Part shown: positions 41,147-54,852 of the stretch, piece after piece | How the letters are laid out: every line of letters starts with the position of its first letter | How positions within the stretch are numbered: position 1 is the first letter of the stretch | NCBI GenBank assembly: GCA_951406725.2 | Contig: OX597834.1 | Span: 44,950,001-45,014,000, forward strand | Direction: 5' to 3' | DNA from: Octopus vulgaris | Lineage: Eukaryota | Length of the DNA stretch: 64,000 nucleotides | Made by a program: the position numbers and the translations under genes | The notes under the pieces: model-generated | The model's input: the letters and a program-made list of their open reading frames with translations, nothing else | Database searches by the model: none | What the model was told of the DNA's origin: nothing

Positions 41147-41834
41147 CGTGTATGCACGCTCTTTCTGTTTGCTTTGATTTTCTTCGCTATACTTCTACTT
41201 ATATCCCCTTCAGATTAAAGGAATCCGCTTTGATTTCTTAAGTTACATCGCTTCTTCTAAAACGGTGTAACCATTCTGCTGTGAAATATTCTTAAATGTA
41301 ACTTCATTTGCAGAGACAGGAAAACGATAAATGACTAAGAAAAGGAAAAAAAAAAAGGAAAATTAAAGAAAAATTATTGTATAAGACAAAATGAAAGACA
41401 GCGAAGATAAAACGGTTGTAAAAGAAAGCATCCCTACCGCCACCAACAGCAACCTATACGCCACCATTACCACAAACACCGACTCCACGACCAACACCAA
41501 CACAACCATCACCAGTACTATCATCATCATCGTCACTGCCATTGTCGTCATCATCATCAGCAGCAGCAGCATGTCCTGTGCCTTCACCATCATTGTCGTC
41601 GTCGTCATCATCATCATCAACCATCGATATTATCGTTGACCGCATCATCATTCCCATCATCAAAACAACAACAACGTCAATCTCACAACTATCACCATAT
41701 ATGAAATTATAAGGTTTGCTTCAAAAGTCCATAGGCTGAAAAAGATACTCTGACGGAATGTTATCAAATGAGGTTAACACACTTCGTCCATCGGTGTTGC
41801 AGATGCTATTCTCACTACGACATGACCTCGGTTT

Positions 41835-42468
41835 GGAGGAGGGGGCCAGTCAATTAGATCGACTCCAGTACTTAATTTATCGAACCCGAAAGGAGGAAAG
41901 GCAAAGACAGCCTTGGCGGAATTTGAACTCAGAAAGACAGACGAAATGCCGCTAAGAATTTCGCCCGACGTGCTAACGTTTCTGCCAGCTCGCGGCCTTT
42001 AGATAATTATAGTATTACTTATTTCTTATTTCTTTATTGCCCACAAGTTTCTCAACATTGACGGGACAAGCAAGGACAGACAAACGGATTAAGTCGATTA
42101 GATCGACCCTAGTATGCAACTGGTACTTAATTTATCGACCTCGAAAGGATGAAAGGCAAAGTCGACTTAAGCAGAATTTGAACTCAGATTGTAAAACAGA
42201 CGAAATGCCGCTAAGAATTTCGCCCAGAGTGCTAACGTTCCTTATTTCCCACAAGGGGCCAAACATAGAGGGGACAAACAAAGACAGACAAAGGGATTAA
42301 GTCGATTACATCGACCCAATACGCAACTGGTACTTAATTTATCGACCTCGAAAGGATGAAAGGTAAAGTCGACCTCGGCGGAATTTGAACTCATAACGTA
42401 AAGACAGACAAAATGCCGCTAAGAATTTCGCCCGGGGTGCTAACGTTTTATGCCAGCTCGCCGCCTTT
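41835..42468 (-). mobile_element. three tandem Deu/Nin-domain tRNA-SINE copies (41835-42000, 42020-42240, 42241-42468)
   Basis: Each copy has gtacttaatttatcgacc...aaaggatgaaaggcaaagtc (reverse complement of a Deu-domain-like core) and aatttgaactca...gtgctaacgtt. Confidence 0.9.
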
Positions 42469-44559
42469 AAATAATCATAGTATTACTAGTAGGATAGAGC
42501 TAGGATTCTAAGACATGTTGTGTTAAATGCGTTGATAATTTAGGTCATACAAGTCTCGTGAAATCAGCATATTTTTAATATCCCACAGTAGCTTTTCTCT
42601 TTATTTTAAATTAGCTCTTCTACACGGGAAATTCTAATCTCCTGCATCGCTAACCCTCGATTAAGTCTTTAAGGATTTTCAGCTTTATCCTAAGTTGCAA
42701 GAAGTACATTTACGCTAAGTTTGTAATTAAAAGTAATAATTGCCTTGAAATTACCTCTAGATTACGACTACAATACTTCTAAACCGATCGTTAAGTGCCT
42801 CTCAAATTCTTTAACATGCATCGAAATCTTCTCTACATTATAATAATGCATGCAAGACACATGCATTTCTGTTGATTATGGAATGTTTAAATGAGGATTT
42901 GGAAGAATGTGCTGTCAGAAGAAAGGGAATTTAGGAAATTTAGTTCGTTTATAGGGTTATCTAGGAGGGAAATTTCTATGGATGGGAGATGTCCATAGCT
43001 CACCAAGGTATAATCTAACAAAAAGTAACCGTCACTCTCATACTAATATCAGTCATCACGTACAACAGCAACTTCCTAACGTTCATTTTTAGCCTTCGAT
43101 GGAGGAACACTAACACTTCTGGTGATTCTCCTGGGTTTACCGGATGTAAACGATTTGGATGAATATTCAGAACTGTGCATATCACAATTTTGCTTTATCA
43201 AGGAATGGCTGTGGCGTTGTTATTCTGTTGATGAAGTAGACGACTCTCGATATATGACTGATAAGAAATTATATTCAATTCAAAAAGATTTATATGAGTT
43301 CGAAATCTTTTAAATCCTGACTATCATAAGGGAAGGAAAAGTATCTCTTGTTATGATGTTCTCCATTAACACCTGTAACTCTGGATGCAAGTCAATAAAC
43401 TCTTCAGAAATGAATTCCGGTTATTCCTAAAGCATATTCTTGCGACGACTATGTTTAGCATTATAGATACAATTTATCTTCCTGAAAGTAGTATAATTAC
43501 TTAGTAAACCTAAATAAAGACTCATCTAATCGATTACATCCTTTCCAGAAATTTATGATTTTGTAAAAACAATGAATTAACAGGATTTTAGAGAGTCAGA
43601 CATCAGCACAAAAAAGTACTTTGCAGTATTTATCGTCCATCTTTTATTTCTTTTTCTTGTGTAATTCATTGAGCTATAACCATGCCTTCTGCCTTGGAGC
43701 TGCCAAGCGGAGTAGTTGCACATACTCTTTAAACTCAGGCTTAGTCTATAAGTTGCTGCAACCGAACCCTTACCATTGTCAGCATGTTGTGGTGTGATAA
43801 TGGCAAACACAAATACATGCACTCATGTATATACATACATGCGCAAAGGAGCGCGCTCACACATGTGTATAAGACGAGTTCACACACAATTTCCGTCCAC
43901 CAAATCCACTCACAATTAACTGAGCAGCTCGGGTATGTAACAGACTAGAATTTCTAAAATTCCGAGACGGGAGACTTGAGGCTGAAACAAAAACCCCATG
44001 GCTGCAAAGCAAGCTTTTTTATCCGTGAACCACACATTCTAATCTCAAATCCTGCTGAGGTCAACTTTGCCATTAATCATAACAAAATCGATCAAAGAAA
44101 GTACCAAATAAGTACTGAGTTCGATATAATTGAATGTTCGCTTCAGAGAGTTTTCAGATGTTATATCCATGTTTGCAGTCATTATTTATAAGAGAAGGTA
44201 GCTGCATGGCGGATCCTTAAGTGTTTTGTATTTCGTTTATTTTTTTTATAAGTCCAAACCGAGATCATTAAGATTGATTTTTCCCCCTTCTAGATGCCCT
44301 TAATTAACGCTTTACCTGCCTAAAGCATTTTCATACGTTTGTCGTAAACATCCATGGTTATTTTCACACATTAAACCCTTGATTCGTATGTTCTGTATAA
44401 TGACTAGATTTCCTTTCATAAGTCCATAGACACCAGCTAAATATGCTTTGTTTATCACAAGTGATACACAGGACAGGCAAAAGGGAAAATTCCCTTTAAT
44501 TGCTGGGATGCTCATTTAATTAATAATCCTGATAATAACGTGCGGATACATATTGAAAT

Positions 44560-44880
44560 ATAATGATGGTGACAGTTCGTCCTGTCCGAGGATCACGAGG
44601 AAGCCGAGTAAGGCCTTAAGCGCCTATGTAGATCGATCCTTAAGCGACAAGTTCTGATGTACTGGGGGCAAATATGTAGGCTTTGGTCAGATGGGACTCT
44701 TGGAGACGACTCCTTCCTTTTTGGCTGTTCTCATCTGCAGTAGTTGTTCTGGCTTGCTTCATGCAGCGGTCTGGATGCAATCTTACCCCACATAATTCTG
44801 CGATGCAACTCACTCCAGTTATCTATCCCTGCCTGGGTCAGCTGGCGTTTCAACTGTTTTTTGAAATGTTTTCGTAAAGC
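44560..44880 (-). mobile_element. RTE-clade LINE 3' end remnant
   Basis: ALRKHFKKQLKRQLTQAGIDNW and LHICPQYIRTCRLRIDLHRRLR (decayed terminal C2H2-like motif), then a short UTR ending ccatcatta. Confidence 0.75.
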
Positions 44881-45339
44881 TAAACAACGCGCTGTTTTCG
44901 AGTTAAACTTAAGTTATTGTGCGCTTTATTTATACAGGTGAGTTGTTGCGGAATGTGTGTAATGATTAAAGATATACGGAAATAATCGAAATATTAAGAT
45001 CAAAATTTACGGAGAATTTCTTGTGAAAAAAGAAAGCAAAGAAAATACAAACAGCATTACTATAGCACTCACTTTCGTCGCCATCAATCTGAGAAAATAG
45101 AATTGTAGACGAACATGTGAGAATAAACTATTACGGTAATCAGATTATGAGAATTTTCGCAATTATTGCGAGACGTTTGTTGGTGCAAATCGATTTATCG
45201 ATAACACTAAATGAAAGATCGATAATATATGTAATGGTGTGATGTATAGATAAAGCTAAACAGAAGAGACTATTGAAAATTAGAGCATGAAGTTAGGCAA
45301 TATTTTGCACAAATATTTTCATCTTTTTTTCTACTTTGA

Positions 45340-45700
45340 ACTGCAGCCATCTGGGAAATACTTTCCAGGGTTTCGACCCACAACTCGACGCCAGGATGTA
45401 GTTTTGATGTCTAAGTTGGTATTTTTTGCATCGGTCTTATTTGCCAAACAACAAGCTTATGGAGACAGAAACAAACCAATTCCGTTTGTCAAGCGGTGGC
45501 GGGAGGGGGGAACAAAAGTACAAACACACACACACATGAAGCGCATCACACACAGTTACTCCTCTATCCAATTAATTTATATCGCATTGGTCGGTACGAA
45601 GCTACGATAGAGGACACCTGCCAAGGTGCTAACTAGTTGATTAAACCGAGTCTAAATGGTTGGAAATTGCTGTTCTTAAATCCGTAACCTTGTCTACGCC
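45340..45700 (-). mobile_element. decayed SINE family B
   Basis: ttgtcaagcggtggcggg and cattggtcgg...gacacctgccaaggtgc match the reverse complement of family B. Confidence 0.6.
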
Positions 45701-46199
45701 TAAATATTTAAGGTATTAGACAACCTATAGTTATATCGTGTGCCTAGAGTTGAATTACGTAGTAAATATTTCAGCATAATAAGACACTCTGTGCCAAATA
45801 TTGTCACATTGCATCACAATATCACATTGTGGGATACTTTCTCTGGAGACTCAATAATGCCGTTGGTATTCCATTTTAAACTAGAGCTTGTCTTATTTTG
45901 GGATGTCTTCATTTCAACTGTATGCATCGTTACATGCATTGTACTCATATATATATATATGTATATACGAGCAAAACGCCACTCTGTCCAATGGACGGTG
46001 CTGAGTTGTCAAACATTTAAACAAAATTTTCTCAAAACAACTTGTCCGACCGTCCCATAGGCCTCCTCTTTGAGAAAAACTCATTTAACCTAAATTTGAG
46101 ACTTTTTTCTATTCCAAAGAAAAACGATTTTATTCACACAAATGCAACCGAAGAGGTTAAAGTACCAGTAATGATAAGGCTGTTGACTGGGAGAACACA

Positions 46200-46373
46200 A
46201 ACATATATACGACGGGCTTCTTTCAGTTTCCGCCTAACAAATCCACTCACAAGGCTTTGGTCGGTCCGAGGAAAGAGTAGAAAACACTTGCCCAAGGTGC
46301 CACGCAGTCGGATTGAACCCGTAACCATGTTGTTGGTAAGTAAGCTACTTACCACACAACCACTCCTGCGCCT
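46200..46373 (-). mobile_element. SINE family B, 5' half
   Basis: acgacgggcttctttcagtttccg...cacttgcccaaggtgccacgcagt...accacacaaccactcctgcgcc. Confidence 0.85.
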
Positions 46374-46532
46374 ACAGATATAGATGAACGGAAACATGTA
46401 TGTGACTCTATATGGGCACATGTATGTATGCATGGATTATGAATATATAATTTACACACACATAGTTCGTATACATATTATATATACACATACACACATT
46501 CATAAACACACTCACACACACCCACACACACG

Positions 46533-46564
<32 letters not shown>

Positions 46565-47023
46565 CATATAAGAGAGATAGAGGGAGAGAGATATATATAC
46601 GCATAAATGTTGCATGCGAATGCTCATATCTGCATTTCAATAAATGCGCGGCATTCATCATTGAAATCTTGGAATGACTAGCATAGAATAAATCGAATGA
46701 GTGAGAACTATGATAACAGCGATTAGATTTGTGAATGAATAAAACAGAATGGAACGGAAGAGTCTCGCTCATATCATACAAACTGGAAATTATTATACTA
46801 GCTTCAATCCTGATGCTAATCATTACAGGCGAATCCGTGCACCGGTGTGTTTGTGTGTGAGAGAGAGAGACAGTGTGTGTGTGAGAGAGACAGTGTGTGT
46901 GTGTATGTGCATTTTTATGGGTCCTGTAAGTGAATATCTATACGTACTTAGCGTTTGTATGCGTGTCAGTGTGTATATAACTATATATATATATGTATGC
47001 TTGCATATATGAATATATACCTG

Positions 47024-47101
<78 letters not shown>

Positions 47102-47230
47102 TAATCAAAATAAGCAATAAGGATATCCAAAGTAGAGTAGTACAATTGTTTCATGCTACTTCATTTTATTAAACACTGTATTACATCCGTTTTAAATTTT
47201 GCTGAAAATATACATACACACACACACACA

Positions 47231-47334
<104 letters not shown>

Positions 47335-47849
47335 GATTGACAGAAAGACAGACAGACAGATAGATCGATAAATATAGAGATAGATACGTATGCATTCACC
47401 CAAACATACATATAAGGCAACAGGCGAATGGGTCTGTGTTTCAAAATGAGTTGATGTGTACATGTTTTTCTGTATATATTTATGCATGTATATCAGTGTG
47501 TGCGTATCTGGATGCGTAAGTGCAAGCTTGTGCGTGCGCATGTGCACAGTGCACAAACCACTTGAACGTTCTTGTCTGTTTTGTTCTGCGCAGTGATCAG
47601 AGACAAACAGAGGAGCGTACAATTATTTCTTCCTGTCACGGCAAAACAGAGAGAACTTAATTGATGTTCTAACTATCTAATCATATCACCAGCTTTGCTC
47701 CATTCATAAAAAAAATACGAGGAAAATTATGGTATCCCTTCCACTTATCGCAACTACGCCAAATCTATCCAAAAACTGACGCAGCCATTTTTAGTTTTCT
47801 TTTTCGCTTAGTCATGTGATTATTGATTGTCATAATAATGATAATAGTT

Positions 47850-47978
<129 letters not shown>

Positions 47979-48389
47979 AGCAATATAGCGGCGAGAGAAT
48001 TTGACAAGATTAGTAAATATAAAGACCTGCTAATGGAAATTGAAAAAATGTGGCCTCTCAAGGCAACTACAGTACCAGTGATTGTAGGCGCTCTAGGAAT
48101 GATAAAAAAAGGTACTGAAACCTATTTGAAAATTATTCCAGGCTTACCATCCCTACAAGAAGTGCAAAAAATCGTATTAACTGGAACGGCTCATGTACTG
48201 AGAAGAGCACTATCGCTGTGAAAATAACATCCATCCATGAATTTATTTATTTATTAATTTTTAAATACATATGTTATCTGTGAATTTGCGCGTGTAATCT
48301 GGGAATGCATACAATGCCCTTCTCTGCCCTAGGTGTATGGAAAACACTTGGCGAGAAACGGAAGAAAATTTGAAGAAAGAAGGAAAAAC

Positions 48390-48390
<1 letters not shown>
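47979..48390 (+). mobile_element. 5'-truncated R4/Dong-clade non-LTR retrotransposon (end of restriction-like endonuclease plus 3' UTR), family 1
   Basis: EFDKISKYKDLLMEIEKMW...VPVIVGALGMI...VQKIVLTGTAHVLRRAL* (stop 48221); (TAA)n on both sides. Confidence 0.88.
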
Positions 48391-48457
<67 letters not shown>

Positions 48458-48459
<2 letters not shown>

Positions 48460-48890
48460 GGCCAACAGACCAGATATAGTTGTCAGAGACCATGAAGAAA
48501 AAAATGCTTTCTAATTGATGTATCAGTACCGGCAGATGACAACGTGTCTCTAAAAGAAATGGAGAAACTCTCAAAATACAAAGACCTGGAAATAGAGGTA
48601 ACTAGAATGTGGAATCTGAAAACAGAAACAATTCCTATCATAGTAGGTGCATTAGGCATGATAAAAAAATATTCAGACAAATACATAACAAAAACACCAG
48701 GACTTACAAACACATATAACATACAGAAAATTGCACTACTAGGCACTGCACACATCCTACGCAGAACACTTTCCATACAATAACCATCAGAGCATCACAA
48801 CAAATCACAGCACATACCCAAGGCACACAGAGCTGCGCTCGGTAGTGAAGTGAAAGCACGCTATAAAAATAAAAATAAAACAACTGAATA
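48458..48890 (+). mobile_element. 5'-truncated R4/Dong-clade element, family 2
   Basis: ANRPDIVVRD / CFLIDVSVPADDNVSLKEMEKLSKYKDL...IPIIVGALG...IQKIALLGTAHILRRTL* contains the PD..D nuclease motif. One 1-nt frameshift lies in an A-run near 48500; (TAA)n on both sides. Confidence 0.9.
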
Positions 48891-49029
48891 ATAATAATAA
48901 TAATAATGGAATTGTAGGGGCAAGAAAGACAGCTTGGTGAATAGATTAAATTCCACAGGAATCTAAAAACAGATTCCTGAAGAGATCAGATGGTGAAGAG
49001 ATCAGCTATGGGCAATTCTGTGCGATAAG

Positions 49030-49386
49030 GAGACAAAAGCGGGTTCAAGTTTGCTCTGAATGTGCTGCAAATTGAACAACAATTGAAGTAATGCCGACTT
49101 CAATTGTTTTTGAAATACACCGAAAAATTGCGATACAGCAGTCAAAAAATCGTAAAAAAATAGAGATTTTCATAGGAAAAAAAGCACCTTTTCGATGTAA
49201 ATAATTTCTGGCGTAAACATTGTCCATTTGAATTTTTTCTTCCACGGAATAGAGCAAGCCTTCTCTCATACTCTCAATTTTGATCAACTTGCGCCGCAGG
49301 GTCTCGGAGGTCATAGTGTTAGTTGAAGGCTACTAAAGTTGCCACACACACACACACAGACAACTTCAGCTTTATATATATAGATT
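49030..49386 (+). mobile_element. probable non-autonomous Helitron/Helentron-type (DINE-like) fragment
   Basis: Ends in a (CA)n/cagac microsatellite followed by acttcagcttttatatatatagat, a terminal layout typical of such elements; no coding evidence. Confidence 0.4.
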
Positions 49387-49434
49387 TATGTATGTATATA
49401 TGAATCTATATAAGAATGTATGCATTTATGTGAG

Positions 49435-49470
<36 letters not shown>

Positions 49471-49987
49471 CATGATTGTATGTGTATATTTTTGTGTGTA
49501 TTCGTGTGTGCGTACGTGCAAGCGTGTGACTGTATGTGTAGGTGTCTTGTGTCTCTGTTTCTCACCATCACTTCACAACCGATTTTGGTCTTTACGACAC
49601 CGTAAACTAACGATTCAGCAAAGGAGAACGATAAAAGAAATACCTGGCTTAAGGAAAATTAGTACTTCCATCTCCGTTCGACTGGAAATGTTCAATGCGG
49701 TGCCCAATTATGTCCGCAGTTAATGACCGAAAGAAATGAAATTAATATAGAAGAAAAGGAATGACTACTAAATGACCAGAAGGTTAGGATCTATATCGGT
49801 TAACACGGCAAAGGCATCTGAAAGTTACTAAAAGCGAGAGAAGTTTACTTATATTGCGTGTGCAATAAATGTATGTAAGAATGTTAAGTTAATTGTCCTT
49901 TGGAATAGATTAGATTATACGTTAGACTTGTGAAATTAGGAAATGTTACATATAAGATAACTTAAGTTGTTCAGAAATCCACATTAT

Positions 49988-50028
<41 letters not shown>

Positions 50029-50037
50029 CACACATGC

Positions 50038-50073
<36 letters not shown>

Positions 50074-50119
50074 TCACACACACCATATATATACATATAT
50101 ATGTCTGTGTGTCTAATGT

Positions 50120-50320
50120 GTTTGCGTGTCTGTGTTTGCTCCACACCACCACCGCTTGACAACCGGTGGTGGTGGTGGGGCTTTTTACGTCCCTGTAACT
50201 TAGTGGTTCAGAAAAGGGAATCAATAGAATAAACAACATGATTTCAAAGCAATTAATTTTGTGGCCGATTCATTCCGTAAAAATTCTTGAAGTCGCTGCC
50301 CAGCTACGGCTGCTGTATAA
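50120..50320 (+). mobile_element. 3' half of SINE family B
   Basis: ccaccgcttgacaaccggtg...tttacgtccctgtaacttagtggttc. Confidence 0.7.
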
Positions 50321-50327
50321 AATCTGA

Positions 50328-51418
50328 ATTTTAGCATTTTCGACACCTCCTTCTTTTTGCTTTCAATCAAGGTTCTAGGGCCGTAAAAGCTGCTCGCGAT
50401 ATTTGCGTTTTGTATGGAGAGGGTGCCATAGCTGAAAGAACCGCTCGTGATTGGTATGCCAAGTTCAAAAATGGAAATTTTGACCTCAATGACGCACCTC
50501 GTTCTGGCCGTCCTCTTGAGTTCAATGCAGAGCGACCGATTAAACCAACTTTTGCACGAAAATTCTCGTCAAACAACAAGGGAACTGGCAGATAAAATGG
50601 AATGATCCCACACTGCGATAGAAAAGCATCTTCACTAAATGGGAAAGGCTCAGAAGTATGGAGCATGTGTTCCGCATGCATTAAGTGACAACAACAAAAA
50701 TCAACGAGTCACAATCTCCGCCGATTTGCTTGCTCGTCACCGCTCAACTCATGGACACAAGCAACGATTTCTTTACCGAATCGTTACTGGCGACGAAAAA
50801 TGGTACCTGTACATCAATATGAAGCAGCGTAAGGAATGGCTTAGCTACGGTAAACAAGCGACACCGCGTGTGAAACAAGATCTTCATCCGTGTAAAACGA
50901 TGTTTTGCGTATGATGGGACTCGGAAGGGATTATCCATTACGAATTGCTTGAAAAGAACCAAACGGTCAACGCGGAACTCTATGTTCAAAAGGTGGAACA
51001 CCTCAACACGGCTATTCAAGAGAAAAGACCTAATCGTCAACATGGAGTTCTGCTGGACCACAACGCCCGCCCTCTTATGGCCAAGGGAGCCATCCAAACG
51101 CATGGCTGGGAAGTGCTGCCAAACCCACCGTACTCTCCTCATTTGGCACCAACGGATTTCCACCTCTTTTGATCTCCTTCAATTGGTATGCGCGGAGTTT
51201 CGTTCAATACTGATGCAGATTTGAAAGCTCGGTTGATAACTATTTCTCGAGTCGAAATCGGCTGATTTCTACCAACGAGGCATTGAAAATCTCGTTAAAA
51301 GTTGGGAAGAAGTTGTAAACAAGGGTGAATACATTATTGATTAATTAGTTGTTCTTTTGTTATTAAAAATTTTTTAAAATTTAAATTTTAAAAAGTCCGC
51401 GGGAACTTAGTTGCCAAC

Positions 51419-51423
<5 letters not shown>
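50328..51423 (+). mobile_element. near full-length mariner (family M2, Hsmar1/Mos1-like transposase), inactivated; 5' TIR missing
   Basis: HFRHLLLFAF...WYAKFKNGNFDLNDAPRSGRP, CVPHALS (WVPHEL), RIVTGDEKW, LLDHNARP and PPYSPHLAPTDFHLF motifs, with frameshifts and stops. The 3' TIR-like end aacttagttgccaacccaata runs into (TA)n. Confidence 0.95.
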
Positions 51424-51477
<54 letters not shown>

Positions 51478-51524
51478 TTATTTAGTTATTTATTTATTTA
51501 TATATATATATATATATACATATA

Positions 51525-51735
51525 AAGTTAATCCAAACATGAAAACACAAAGAGAAAACACAACAACGCGAGGACGTGGAACAAATATAGTATTATTTGG
51601 AGCTCAGGAAGGAAGGGAAGAAGGAGGGTTTAACGTTTCGAGCGGAGTTCTTCGTCAGAAACATAGGAAAAGGAAAGATCCAGAGAAGGGAAGACGGAGG
51701 AAAAAAAATCACCAACGGTACACGCGCGGTCACAT
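51525..51735 (-). mobile_element. ~210-bp hammerhead-bearing element, copy B
   Basis: Reverse-complement homolog of 17432-17640; its 3' end runs into (TA)n. Confidence 0.8.
51628..51662 (-). ncRNA. minimal hammerhead ribozyme motif
   Basis: GUUU-CUGACGA-A-GAAC-UCC-GCUC-GAAA-CG-UU-AAAC; stem I GUUU/AAAC is perfect. Confidence 0.78.
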
Positions 51736-53959
51736 TGGAAGAGAGGGAAAAGCGGGTAGTAATTGTTCATAGCATGAAGTACACTTTCAGTATTTTATGA
51801 ACGGTTATAGACACAATATCGCTCCTCTGACATTCGACTTAATTGCCCCAGAAAGATATGACAGCTGGTGTGAGAGAAAGGTAGACCCTCACTCAACTAC
51901 GACTTATTTGTGCTGAACAGCTTCTTCGAACGTGAAAGTGCCAACCCAAAGGAAACAATGCGTCACCTGGACTTGGTAGCGATTCGCTGAGCTCGTGATC
52001 TAATGCGTTGGTCCTGTTTAAAATATGTCTAATGATGATAAATTACTCTAATCGTCGGCACATTTTATTTTTTATAAAAGACATCATATTGTATTAAACA
52101 TGAATGAATAAATGAATATAACATGCCTTGTATGTCCTTCAAAATATTTTAAGAGAAAAATCTACAGTCAAAAGAAGTTTGAAGCCCTAAGGACAATCAT
52201 TGCGAAATCGAAATATCATAAAATGTAGAAATATTAAAGAAAAACTGTGTCAATAAAATATGAGTGAAATAACCGCCATTTTCGATAGCATGGTTATAAT
52301 AATTTTCTTGAAAAATCGATATTCTAACTAAATTAAAGTTCCAATTTTTTATGTTTTCCTGATTATGGAAGGGATATAAATGTGCTTCGTTCATACTATA
52401 AAAATAATGTCGTGATAAACGATGGGAATTTTATAGCATAGAGTTATGTTTGCCGTGTCCCATCATTGATTTTAGGATAAAACCGGAAGAAGAAGCAGTT
52501 GACCTAATATTAACGTGTATGTTAATGGATGAAAACGAGTTGGAAAAAAATGTTCGTTATGATAATAATATGGCCTCTCTTTGAATATTTTTCCAAGAAT
52601 TTCTGTTGTTTTAAAAATATGTGTGATTGTATTTTTACAATACAATGCTTGGCAGGGTTTGCGTTACTAAATATTATAGTTTTCAGAAATTGCTTCAGAG
52701 ACACACGATTTTTGATGTAATAATATAGATTTTAGAAACTGTGTCTTTATGAAATAGCATGTGGGAAAGTATTGTTCGATATATTTGTGGGTGGGCGTAA
52801 AAGTATTTAAGATTATGCTAGGATATACATACATTAAAAGCACTGGCAGAAGAGAAAAACGTTTAAATACAATTGCTACTGAATTGCAGATATTTTTTTA
52901 AATCACAAAATAAAACATTAATAAAAGAAAGCAATTCTCTATATATCTCATACTGCTAAAAGTCCTTTCCTACCAGTTTTATACTTCTTAAACAAAAATG
53001 TTTAGAAGTATAAAAACCTACAAATGCAACAGTTTAAGAGAAAAATGTACCGTCAAAAGATTTTGAAGCCCAAAGGACAATAATTGAGAAATCGAAATCG
53101 AAATCGAAATGTAGAAATATTAAACCACAAAGACTAAGAGGAGGGTGTACATGACATACAATGTTATGCTAATAGAAACGAATAAAATATAGTCAACTAG
53201 CGGTTAGGAAAACCATAATTGAATTCGATGGGAAGTATTGGACTAGAACTGATTGTTTCGATATTACCATGGGCTCCATTCAATCGGCCCAAGTAACCAA
53301 TTCAGTTGGTATTTATATTCTTAATTGTAGTAATGATACATTGCCTGAATTTGGAGTTGGATTATATAGACACAACGCTCTTTTTACTATATATATCGAT
53401 CTAATATGGTTCATTGAGAAAGGTCTAGAAAAAATATATTTCAATTCATTAAACGTCTTGGTCTTTTTACCTCAGAAGAAAATGAGTTTACTAGGGTTAA
53501 CATCCTTGATATTACTCTTGATTTAAGTAATGAGCTATGCCAATCTTATCATAAGCCTAATGAATTCTTAAGATGAGTAATTAAAAATTCTAATTATCCA
53601 AGGAACATAATAAATTTCATCGTTAAATATATATCAACTCGCATTTCGAGGGAGGCTTAGGGGCAATGTGTATGTATATAAACAAAAGCAACATAACTAC
53701 AGCGATGATTATTTGAAGCTGGATATAAAGATAGAATTAATTATATTCGGAATCCTAATAATAAAAAAAATCCAAAAAACGAAATAACAGTAGAACAACT
53801 GAAAATTAATAGGAAGGATAATAAAATTAAAATATTTCTTAACTGTTAAATAAAGAAAGAACAGTAATGATACAAATGTGAGAGACAATAGATTAGGTAT
53901 TTATAAGTATATGTATAAGTCTAGAGATACGAAATATGTGGTTATGAATATCAATGATA

Positions 53960-54001
53960 AAAATAATAATAATCATAATAATAATAACAATAATAATGAT
54001 G

Positions 54002-54037
<36 letters not shown>

Positions 54038-54052
54038 GTAATAGTAATAGTA

Positions 54053-54112
<60 letters not shown>
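53960..54112. repeat. (AAT)n tract
   Basis: Directly visible. Confidence 0.95.
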
Positions 54113-54113
<1 letters not shown>

Positions 54114-54535
54114 GCGAAAGTGGCGAAACTATAAAGGAAGTCGGAGAGGAAGGACATAATTAACTGGATATCATTGAAAGAGATAAGATGAATGAACACA
54201 AGATGAAAGAGTATTTGAGGAGATGCACAGGAAAGAGTATTTGAGGAGAACGCGGCTTGTGCTCCAATCGAAGCTAAATGGCTGCAGACCAGAGTGAGCA
54301 GATAAATAAAATTTGGCAGGACGAGAAAACGCACAGTCAGTTCTTGAAGAATAAAGATGAGATTGATTGAAATAGGACCTGGCAATGACTGCATAAAGGA
54401 AACTTTATGCCACTAAGGCATTACTGTGCAGCGCTCAAGAACAAGCTCTCAGAACAAGCTACTCCAAATATCACATTGATGAAATTACTGACTCGCCACG
54501 GTGCAGTAAGTGCTCTGAAAAGGGAGAAAGTACGT
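54113..54535 (+). mobile_element. decayed, internally deleted R4/Dong-clade fragment (end of RT to zinc knuckle)
   Basis: Frameshifted RKEYLRRTRLVLQSKLNG and ALLCSAQEQALRTSYSKYHIDEITDSPRCSKCSEKGES (R4/Dong motif AAQEQALRT...CRxC); starts directly after (AAT)n. Confidence 0.8.
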
Positions 54536-54753
54536 ATTTTTTGTTGCTAAATACGTTGAATTTCTGGAAACTCTGCCAATGGATTGTTGCATTTACCTCT
54601 TATGCATGAGAGTTTATCTTGGATTTGTATTCTATTTACATTTACTGGTACCTGACTGTCAGGACATTTAACCAAACTATTTTAATAGGAATTGCTTTAT
54701 GTATATCTGCCAAGACATTTTAATAACCTCTCTTCTTATATACATGCATGCAT

Positions 54754-54834
<81 letters not shown>

Positions 54835-54852
54835 ATACACACACACACATAC

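Noticed and set aside
41363-41700. Thr/Ile/Asp-rich ORFs
   Set aside because: Degenerate CAT/CAC/CAA trinucleotide low-complexity sequence.
41835-42468. Regularly repeated units as a possible CRISPR-like array
   Set aside because: They are ~200-bp SINE copies without unique equal-length spacers, in eukaryotic DNA with no cas genes.
50328-51423. Possible domesticated SETMAR-like gene
   Set aside because: Multiple frameshifts and stops, no SET domain and a retained TIR indicate an ordinary dead mariner.
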